From Flectonema sp. DT1601 (taxonomy: Eukaryota): a DNA stretch of 64,000 nt. The position numbers were made by a program, and so were the translations under genes. The stretch covers positions 186,001-250,000 of the forward strand of contig OZ025789.1 of assembly GCA_964019425.1 (NCBI GenBank). The letters run 5' to 3'. The notes under the pieces are model-generated. The model did not search any database, had not been told where the DNA came from, and saw nothing but the letters and a program-made list of their open reading frames with translations. Shown piece by piece: positions 55,500 through 64,000 of the stretch. Position 1 is the first letter of the stretch. Every line of letters begins with the position of its first letter.

Positions 55500-56510
55500 C
55501 TACATTTGTGGATACTTCTCTTGTTGAGGTTTTAAGTTATTCGGCTTAAGAACTCTCGTGTGACCACTTGAATCGATTTCAGCCATCAACTCCGATATTA
55601 AAAAAATATCTGCTCTGGTTGCCACCGTAGCTAAAGCAGAAGTTATTAATTTAACCATTTTAGATGAAGCTGAAGGAGGACATTCAAAATCCATTGACAG
55701 GATTTGAAAACTAGTTGTAAACGGGAATTCAAATGTATACAGGTAACAGATTAAGATACCTAATGACCAAATATCAACAAGCTCACTGATACGAGTTCTT
55801 GACCACAAATCGCAACATTCTGGTGGTCGATAGTGAAGAGAGCTAATCGCGTGAAGGATTATTTCTTCTTTTCTAATTTGTTCTCGAGTTTGACATAAGA
55901 CTGACTGTGTTGAAGCACTACCAAGATCACAGAGCTTCCAAGTATTTGTTTTTTCACTAAATAAGACGTTTTCAACCCTCACATTCCTATGAGCAATCGG
56001 ACAAGGTCCCGCACTATGCAATACAGCAATACCAGTAATCACGTCTCCCACGATTTTCAATATCTGACCTTCTCGTAGGTTCTCACCTTTGTTTTGGATA
56101 TCATTCACAAGTAGACATAAAGACATCTCTGATAGTTCACTTACAAGGTACACATGACACTTTGATTCGGTAGAGTCATCTCTGTAGCTTATCGAATGCG
56201 TTATGTATTTTATTATGTAATCAGAAACCTGAATCTCCTTTAATAATATCGCCTCTTGGATTGCAGTCTCTAATATATCATTGTCATCCCTCGTTAGTAT
56301 GGTTTTCTTTAATGCGTATTCTTGATTGTGATTGTATGACTTGTTTCGTTCTTGATAACGACATCTGTATATCGTACTGTGAGATCCTTCTTTTACAATA
56401 CTAGTCACATCGTAAGTATCAGCACCAACGACAACTCCACTATGAGATTTGCTATACTTTTGAGTTAGTTGTGAGACCCATGCAAAACAGCCAGTGTCGC
56501 AGGGTGACAT
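55500..56510 (-). CDS. NAK-family-like (AAK1/GAK/STK16) protein kinase fold, probable pseudokinase
   Basis: YALKK, PIAHRNVRVENVL, WKLCDLGSAS, YRPPECCDLW, DIWSLG. Confidence 0.88.
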   Translation of the reverse strand: MSPCDTGCFAWVSQLTQKYSKSHSGVVVGADTYDVTSIVKEGSHSTIYRCRYQERNKSYNHNQEYALKKTILTRDDNDILETAIQEAILLKEIQVSDYIIKYITHSISYRDDSTESKCHVYLVSELSEMSLCLLVNDIQNKGENLREGQILKIVGDVITGIAVLHSAGPCPIAHRNVRVENVLFSEKTNTWKLCDLGSASTQSVLCQTREQIRKEEIILHAISSLHYRPPECCDLWSRTRISELVDIWSLGILICYLYTFEFPFTTSFQILSMDFECPPSASSKMVKLITSALATVATRADIFLISELMAEIDSSGHTRVLKPNNLKPQQEKYPQM

Positions 56511-57103
56511 TTATCTTTTTTATTATTATTTTTTTTTTTTCCTACACATACCCCCCCTCCTGTTTAAATTGAATTCAGCTTCCACTACATACCAAGCAGA
56601 TGTATTACAGAGGAATGTCATCATTGGATACTTTCAACCCTGGGGTGTTTACTTTCAGAATAGGAAATCTGGTTAATCTTGCCTCCAGCATGCGAGTTTT
56701 AAGGATTCGATGCCTGTGTAAAGTTGAAATAGTTATTAGAGAGAACAATTTTGATACAGCCACGTCAACTGGAACAATACAAAACAACTTTTTTTTTTTT
56801 ATTCTTTTTTTTTTTTTTTTTCTATCACATAGTGATAGAGGTACAACAGGGAAAATTCCTCCTTTTCTTAATTTTTTTTTTTAAAACACACAAGAAAAGG
56901 GGGTGTAGCGAATTACGGAACAGCATGCCTACACGCTTATAGACCTGTTCCAGCGTGATACGCACCCTCACCTATCCGTATCTACGCATTTATTTTTATA
57001 ACTAATTTTGAGTCTTACAAATGTCAGGGGGGTCGGCGAGTGGGTACATCACACGCTTATAAGATTTGAACGTGTAATATGTATATCGTTTTTTCTTTCT
57101 GTT

Positions 57104-57556
57104 TTAGCGACGAACGCTGTGAGGAGCACCCCAAGCTCTGAGTCGACGAGGGGATTCACCATCCCCGGCAAGAGCTAATCCTGGTGGTGGTGGCGAACCC
57201 GCACCGGAGTAATGCGGTGATCCAGAAATCGAGCGAGTGTATTCCGGACTAGCTGAATGATACAAAATAGGAGAAGTATTCCCAATCGGCATCACTGGAG
57301 AATCATAGACTGGAGCAGAAGGAGGCACAGCAGCAATCGGAACAGCTGGTGACCTGTACCCACTAATGCCCTGATGAATGTACACAGGTTGCATTCTAGC
57401 CATGCTGCCTACAGGTGATCCAGGGCTGTATGGAGATCCACTGCCTTCTCTATGCCTCCTCGGACTGTGGCCTGTTCCATTACACTCTGTGCACACATCC
57501 TGAGCTCTCTGTGGTGACGCAGGATGGGTTGTTGGTGGATGTGGAAGTCCGTACAT
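57104..57556 (-). CDS. Small Pro/Ser-rich low-complexity protein with one CxxCxGxG motif
   Basis: GC-rich 150-codon ORF with many SP dipeptides and CTECNGTG. Confidence 0.7.
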   Translation of the reverse strand: MYGLPHPPTTHPASPQRAQDVCTECNGTGHSPRRHREGSGSPYSPGSPVGSMARMQPVYIHQGISGYRSPAVPIAAVPPSAPVYDSPVMPIGNTSPILYHSASPEYTRSISGSPHYSGAGSPPPPGLALAGDGESPRRLRAWGAPHSVRR

Positions 57557-58486
57557 CTTTTTTTTTTTTAAAACGCCTTAAATAATCTATATGAGAAGCG
57601 GAATGATATTTTTTTTTAACAAATACAGAAAAACAGTAATGAAAACATTTATGACTACTCAAACACGGAAGATTTCAGCTTTCATTTCAGAACAATAACC
57701 AAACACATCATCTGAAGTAGACTCCTGTTCTCTAAATATCTGTATTGTGCTGGATTGTGAAGTAGTATTGTATTGCGTGAGAAACAAAAAAAAAATAAAA
57801 GTTTTTTTTTTTTTTTCCGCAGGAGGGGTGGGCTGAAATCAGGGACAAACGGACACAGTGAAAATGATAACCAAGAAAAATGGGTTGGGAGAACCATAGC
57901 AGCGACGTCAATAAAAAAAGAAAAGTCGCGTTCACTACAATTATATATTCTTGCAAGCAATTGCTAATTAGAATGGCGGCTTGGAGTCACAAAGAACAAC
58001 AAAGTGCGATGACTGAATGGAGGGTGGGAAATGGTTTTCCTTTTTTTTATTATTTTTTCTTATTTTTGGGTATTTTTTTTTTAACTATAAAAACCAACAA
58101 AAGGGGTTGCAGTAGGGTTTTTTTTTTTTTTTTTTTTTTTGTTTTTTTCGCAGGAATAAAAAAAAAAAAAAAAAGAATTTCTAAAGAGAAACAGATAGGC
58201 AGGCAGAGTCTAAACAGCAGTTACTACAACAGCCATGCAATACAATAATTTAACTGCCTGTTCTTGTCTTGGCTTTCTGTTTCCTTTTTTTTTTTTTTTT
58301 CCCCCGAATATGGGTCGGTACTTGGAATACCGTGGATTAAAAAAACAAAATGTGGATTGGAGAAGAAGGGATCTTTACTTTCTTTGTAACTTATCGTTTG
58401 ATAAATGCCATTTGAGAATTGGCCTCAACTACGAACCTGAAAAACCGTAAAATAATACCACGGAGTAACGGAAGAGAAACCCCAGT

Positions 58487-59401
58487 CTAGAGTTCGTCCT
58501 TGGCCTCCTCAGCCTTGAGCTCCTCAAGGTCTTCTGTGTCAACTGGAGTCTCTGACAAACAGCAAACAGAGACAATTCCAAACAACAACACGCAGAAGAA
58601 CACTCCACCAACAATACAGGCAGCGATCACTCCACCAGTAAAGCCACGGTTCTCTGCTCTTGGGAAGAACGCCTCAGGAACACACTTTCCGTTCCAGTTG
58701 AAGTGTGTCGCTTCGCAGATCAACGACGCACACTTTCCAGCTGCGATCACGTTCAAAGCAGATCCAGGCATAGTGGACCTGTCGCAAAGGTAGTCTCCAG
58801 CGTTGACAGATGCGACGTAGGTCTGCGAGTGGTCAATTGGTCCCAACTCAGCCATCATTAATGAACTTCCGAGGTCGGTCTGAAGGGAGTTCGAGTCCAA
58901 CAACAGAGCCCACTCAATCTCAGATCCAACTCTTGGAATGACGTTGTACAACTCGTGAAGGGTAAGGTTGGCTCTGATAATCACTCTTGACGGGTCACAG
59001 AAGTGGGTGATGCTGATAACGGTCTGGAGAATGTTGAACTCAACAAGTCTTCTGAATGGAGCGACAACGCTTCCGGTGACATTAGCGCAGGTCGCCTGTG
59101 GGAAGCTGAGGGAGATGGTTGAGTCGACAGTTCTGAAGGCAAGATCTTGCTGAAGAGGGTTGGTTCCAACGGCCTGGTTGCACATGAAGAGGGTGTGCCC
59201 ACTCCAGATAGATCTGTGGTCGAAGGTGGAGGTTGAGCACTCACAGAACCCGTCGATGCAAATCGCTGCAGCATCTCCGAACTGACGGCAGTCATTGTTT
59301 CTGTTGCACAATCTGATGTTTGGTGTTGGGAACCCGTACAAAGTCTCGTGCTGGGCCGTCGCCAAGGCGACAACACACAAAAGAAGCATCACTTTCGACA
59401 T
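58487..59401 (-). CDS. Type I membrane protein with N-terminal EGF/EB-like Cys module, copy 1 (304 aa)
   Basis: Signal peptide MSKVMLLLCVVALATA, CNRNNDC...CIDGFCEC, TM helix GVIAACIVGGVFFCVLLFGIV and an acidic tail. Confidence 0.92.
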   Translation of the reverse strand: MSKVMLLLCVVALATAQHETLYGFPTPNIRLCNRNNDCRQFGDAAAICIDGFCECSTSTFDHRSIWSGHTLFMCNQAVGTNPLQQDLAFRTVDSTISLSFPQATCANVTGSVVAPFRRLVEFNILQTVISITHFCDPSRVIIRANLTLHELYNVIPRVGSEIEWALLLDSNSLQTDLGSSLMMAELGPIDHSQTYVASVNAGDYLCDRSTMPGSALNVIAAGKCASLICEATHFNWNGKCVPEAFFPRAENRGFTGGVIAACIVGGVFFCVLLFGIVSVCCLSETPVDTEDLEELKAEEAKDEL

Positions 59402-59543
59402 CTTAATAATGAGATGAGGCTTAAGGCTGAAAGGGGGAATTATGATAAACGAAAATAAATAATTTACACCCGACTAGAGTCATATCTAATAAGTAATAAA
59501 TAATGTCACACGGAAGTACTTCTGAAACATATCAATGAAGTGG

Positions 59544-59618
59544 TCAGTACAGATCTTGGTTTGCGAATTGATAAATTAATCATTGTGATCATACGCCAGG
59601 TAAATATGATGTCATCAT
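59544..59618 (-). ncRNA. Box C/D snoRNA, copy 1
   Basis: Minus strand: box C ATGATGA, D' ATGA, C' ATGATTA, box D CTGA within 75 nt. The guide AACCAAGATCTG is complementary to the conserved LSU rRNA motif CAGAUCUUGGU. Confidence 0.82.
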
Positions 59619-59719
59619 ACGAAAACGGAATGGCGGGCACTGTTCATGTCTACACTTCGAGAAGCAGCAAACGTCACACGCTAATGAAGTTGAGGACTTT
59701 GAGGAGGGCAAGAGAGGAG

Positions 59720-59794
59720 TCAGTACAGATCTTGGTTTGCGAATTGATAAATTAATCATTGTGATCATACGCCAGGTAAATATGATGTCATCAT
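59720..59794 (-). ncRNA. Box C/D snoRNA, copy 2
   Basis: Identical to copy 1 from box C to box D. Confidence 0.82.
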
Positions 59795-59885
59795 ACGAAA
59801 ACAGAATGGCGGGCACTACACTTCGAGAAGCAGCAAACGTCACACGCTAGTGAAGTTGAGGACTTCGAGGAGGACAAGAGAGGAG

Positions 59886-59960
59886 TCAGTACAGATCTTG
59901 GTTTGCGAATTGATAAATTAATCATTGTGATCATACGCCAGGTAAATATGATGTCATCAT
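59886..59960 (-). ncRNA. Box C/D snoRNA, copy 3
   Basis: Identical to copy 1 from box C to box D. Confidence 0.82.
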
Positions 59961-61258
59961 ACGAAAAACAGACTGAAGAATCCGAAGAATCCGAAGAATC
60001 CGAATCGGAATCGCCGCATCAATTGTTGTGTTGCTGACAAGAAACGAAAAACACTTTTAATATCAACCAGCCACACTAAAGGCCCATACTTCGATATACA
60101 TGACAATAGACGACAACAAATAATGTAATTATCGGTTTCTCATTGAAGGATTTGTCAATCCTCTCTTGTGAGATTTAGTAAACTAAGAACAACACAATAA
60201 TAACAAAAAAGAAGAAGAAGAAGAAGAAGAATAAGGGAAAAAAAAAACTTATTATTATTGTAAGTAACCTTAACCTGCTAAGATTCCCAGTATAAGACAC
60301 GAAGAGCTCAGCTTAGAATCTTTGTTTTCATTGAAAGATGTGCTGGAAGAACGGGAAGGGTTTCAGGTATCAACAAGCTGTTGTTGTTGTTCTTGTTGTT
60401 GTTGTTTTTTTCAGAATTCGCAACTTATTCCTCATAATTAAAGATTTCTTGATCTTTTTTTTTTTTTTCCCTCAGGAATTCTATGAAAGGAGACTTGATA
60501 TGAAAAAGGTTTTCATCGAACGGACAGACAGAATCCGTCGCACGCGGGAGAAATAAGTCATAACAGCTTTTCAATTTGAATTGTTTCTACAAAAAAAAAA
60601 AAAAAAAAAAAAAAAAAAGGTTATTAATTTCTGTATTACAGGTACGTTCTGCCAATGCGGTCTCTACTTCAATCGGCAACATACAGATTTCCTTTATTCA
60701 TTTTTTTTTTTTTTTTTTTAAATTTTGTAGAATAGTTGAATTCTCCTTGTGATTCTAAGTGTCAATTCGTCACCCACCGTCGAGCTTTTTGGTTATTACT
60801 ACAGGGCGCACGACTTAAGGTGATGTGAAGAAAACAATAAAGCAACCAGAGAGATTCTATATAGCGGAAGTTGATCTTGCTATTTCATTATTATTTTCTT
60901 TTTCTTTTTTCTTTTTTTCCGGAGGTGACTAACTGATGAACTGAAGGTTTTTTTTTTTTTTTTTTTTTCTTGTCTTTTCTTTTTCGTGTTTTTTTGTAAA
61001 AACAAGTGAATAAAAATCAAAAGAATTTGGGGGGAAAAGAAAATAACAGGGTTGCAGGGAAGGGTTTTTTTTTTTTTTTTTGGGTCAGTGCGAACACTGG
61101 TCACATACAAAGCAAAGGGTGGGGGAAATGGAACGGAGAACAATAACTAAAATAAGAAGAAGTCGTGCTTACGGATACGACTAAACGTGTGCTTGAAACA
61201 CGGTTACCTAAAGTTCCTCAGCCTTGAGCTCCTTGAGTAACGGAAGAGAAACCCCAGT

Positions 61259-62173
61259 CTAGAGTTCGTCCTTGGCCTCCTCAGCCTTGAGCTCCTCAAG
61301 GTCTTCTGTGTCAACTGGAGTCTCTGACAAACAGCAAACAGAGACAATTCCAAACAACAACACGCAGAAGAACACTCCACCAACAATACAGGCAGCGATC
61401 ACTCCACCAGTAAAGCCACGGTTCTCTGCTCTTGGGAAGAACGCCTCAGGAACACACTTTCCGTTCCAGTTGAAGTGTGTCGCTTCGCAGATCAACGACG
61501 CACACTTTCCAGCTGCGATCACGTTCAAAGCAGATCCAGGCATAGTGGACCTGTCGCAAAGGTAGTCTCCAGCGTTGACAGATGCGACGTAGGTCTGCGA
61601 GTGGTCAATTGGTCCCAACTCAGCCATCATTAATGAACTTCCGAGGTCGGTCTGAAGGGAGTTCGAGTCCAACAACAGAGCCCACTCAATCTCAGATCCA
61701 ACTCTTGGAATGACGTTGTACAACTCGTGAAGGGTAAGGTTGGCTCTGATAATCACTCTTGACGGGTCACAGAAGTGGGTGATGCTGATAACGGTCTGGA
61801 GAATGTTGAACTCAACAAGTCTTCTGAATGGAGCGACAACGCTTCCGGTGACATTAGCGCAGGTCGCCTGTGGGAAGCTGAGGGAGATGGTTGAGTCGAC
61901 AGTTCTGAAGGCAAGATCTTGCTGAAGAGGGTTGGTTCCAACGGCCTGGTTGCACATGAAGAGGGTGTGCCCACTCCAGATAGATCTGTGGTCGAAGGTG
62001 GAGGTTGAGCACTCACAGAACCCGTCGATGCAAATCGCTGCAGCATCTCCGAACTGACGGCAGTCGTTGTTTCTGTTGCACAATCTGATGTTTGGTGTTG
62101 GGAACCCGTACAAAGTCTCGTGCTGGGCCGTCGCCAAGGCGACAACACACAAAAGAAGCATCACTTTCGACAT
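61259..62173 (-). CDS. Type I membrane protein with EGF/EB-like module, copy 2 (304 aa)
   Basis: Same protein as 58487-59401; one synonymous difference noticed (AAT/AAC). Confidence 0.92.
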   Translation of the reverse strand: MSKVMLLLCVVALATAQHETLYGFPTPNIRLCNRNNDCRQFGDAAAICIDGFCECSTSTFDHRSIWSGHTLFMCNQAVGTNPLQQDLAFRTVDSTISLSFPQATCANVTGSVVAPFRRLVEFNILQTVISITHFCDPSRVIIRANLTLHELYNVIPRVGSEIEWALLLDSNSLQTDLGSSLMMAELGPIDHSQTYVASVNAGDYLCDRSTMPGSALNVIAAGKCASLICEATHFNWNGKCVPEAFFPRAENRGFTGGVIAACIVGGVFFCVLLFGIVSVCCLSETPVDTEDLEELKAEEAKDEL

Positions 62174-62632
62174 CTTAATAATGAGATGAGGCTTAAGGCT
62201 GAAAGTGAAATAAAAATTGAAGAAGAGCACGCTGATCCCTCAAGCCCAAGAACTCAAATACACCTGCATACTACTCACATTCATTCTTTTACCTGAAAAA
62301 CAGAAATACATGACATCATTGTAACTTTTGTTTTTGTTTTTTTTTCTACGAAAGCGAGATCTTCCCTCCCCTCAATTTTTTTTTTATTCTTTGCCTGGGG
62401 TCTGACTTTGCCAGGGGAGAAGACAATAGAAAATAAAAATAAAAAATAGGGAAGAAAAAAAACGCAGTTTTTTTACCGATACACTGACTATGAACAGATA
62501 TTTTGGGGGGATATGGAGGGAGGGTCGTCAAGGTCGGAAAACGGACTGAACCACAAACACAACACTAAAGGCAGCGAAAACAATTCAAATTCGTTGTCCG
62601 CGAGGGTATCACCCTGTCCGAAAGAAAAGTGG

Positions 62633-62669
<37 letters not shown>

Positions 62670-63433
62670 GGGAATTTTTTCATTCTTTTTTTTTTTTGGA
62701 GGAAAACAATAGTAGAAACCACCAAACGCTCAGCCTCGTTGATTCTCATGATCAACCGAAGTCTGTGGACCATCAAGAGAAAAGGAAAAAGGGGGCAAGC
62801 AAGCTCTACCACAAGACTATTTTTTTTTTTTTTCGTTCGGTAACTTTTTTTTTTTTTTTTTTTTTCCCTTCTACCCCTTTCCAAAAAAAAAAAATAAAAA
62901 AAAATAAAAAAATAGCAGCAACGTAAGGATATCAATAGAACATTTGCTGCTAAAATGTGAGAATCCGTTGCCCTGCTTGTTTGTTGGACTTTACACAACA
63001 AATAGCAGGACCCCAGTCGTAAAAATAAGAGAATTTTTTTTTTTTTTCTTTTTTTTTTTTTTTCTCCTCCCCAACCTGTTTCAGGTAATTGCTTTATTGC
63101 TGTAGACCTCGTTCTCGTATTACTCGAGATTCGGCAATATCAAAATATTGAGGATGTTAAAAATACAAAATAAAAAATGACTATACATCAGAAAATCTTT
63201 TCCTCCATTATTCTTTAACCTAAAAAGAAGGCGATGATACCACACAGAAACACATCGAACTTCGGTTTATTTCTGAAAAAAGGCTTTTGCTTAAAAAAAA
63301 GAAAAAGAAAAAGAAAGGCGGTTGGTACAACACTGTTGGGGGGTGGGTTATGAGTTTTCTTTTTTTTCTATCTGTTTTTTTTTTCTTTCTTGTTTTTTTT
63401 TCCAGGAACATACAGTGGGTCATGGATACAAGT

Positions 63434-64000
63434 CTAGTACTCGTCATCCTCCTCATCAGGACCTCTTGGGGTCTCTTTTGTTAGTGGCATCTTGTCTTCC
63501 GTGCTGTAGTCTGGTCTCTGGTAGGCACGAAGGCAAACAACAAGAGTAGTGACAAGAACTATAAAGAGGAGGACTCCGAGAACGATGGCAACAACAACAC
63601 CGTCAGGGATATCATCGTCCTCTGGTCTTCGGGGAAGACGTTGGATGCACTGTCCGTTGATTAAGTCGAAGGCAGCATCACAAGAAATAGCAATACACAT
63701 ATCGTCCACTCTTGCCATGTACAATGCACCGAAGTCAAGATTGCAGAGACCCTTGTGGTTGTTTACTTGAGGGAACTTTGACTGAGATCCTAAAAAGTTT
63801 GTAACCAAAGCACTAGTTCCGACGAATCTACTTCCAGTTCCACCAGGTTGCCAGAAGATAGGAAAGTTTGGAATCACAGTGAAAACATCATTTAGACTCA
63901 CTCTAGCGTGAACAGCAACGTTGACACCAGACGGTTCAGCACATGAGAAGGTAACACTAAGAGCCTTTCCAATAGTATTCTCCATGGTTGTAATGTAATC
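63434..64000 (-). CDS. Diverged paralog of the 58487/61259 membrane proteins (5'-partial)
   Basis: The frame is open to the right edge. It shares Cys spacing (LC...C.A..C.A.F...NG.C), a TM helix and an acidic tail. Confidence 0.85.
   Translation of the reverse strand, partial: DYITTMENTIGKALSVTFSCAEPSGVNVAVHARVSLNDVFTVIPNFPIFWQPGGTGSRFVGTSALVTNFLGSQSKFPQVNNHKGLCNLDFGALYMARVDDMCIAISCDAAFDLINGQCIQRLPRRPEDDDIPDGVVVAIVLGVLLFIVLVTTLVVCLRAYQRPDYSTEDKMPLTKETPRGPDEEDDEY

Larger units (their letters stand above)
59543..59967. repeat. Tandem repeat, about 2.5 units (176 and 166 bp), carrying snoRNA copies
   Basis: Units start at 59543, 59719 and 59885. Confidence 0.95.

Noticed and set aside
59543..59967. 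CRISPR-like repeat/spacer interpretation
   Set aside because: Units are too long, spacers are near-identical to each other, there are no cas genes, and the context is eukaryotic.
22228..63549. Many short K-rich or F-rich ORFs in intergenic DNA
   Set aside because: Artefacts of poly-A/poly-T tracts.

Overview
This is eukaryotic DNA, most likely from a euglenozoan such as a diplonemid. That is an inference from three things: every credible gene lies on the minus strand, introns are short GT-AG types, and intergenic DNA is AT-rich with homopolymer runs. The first 19 kb is one uninterrupted minus-strand reading frame (ATG at 19046, at least 6348 codons, running off the left edge) that the ORF track misses. 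It encodes a giant secreted or surface protein with 8 VWA domains, 3 bacterial-style C-type-lectin modules, about 15 EGF-like repeats and many short Cys/Trp repeats. The rest of the window holds a coiled-coil protein, a 3-exon UBE2W-like E2, a Pro-rich CCCH protein, a 2-exon DRG GTPase, a BTB protein, a Nudix-like protein, a large secreted protein with bacterial-type repeats, a metallophosphoesterase, an F-box/LRR protein, a multi-exon membrane protein, a NAK-like probable pseudokinase and three paralogous type I membrane proteins. Non-coding highlights are a 1537-bp TIR element (CACTG ends, ATAT target duplication, Cys-rich ORF; Chapaev/CMC-like), three tandem box C/D snoRNA copies with an LSU-rRNA-complementary guide, and an 87-bp dispersed repeat.
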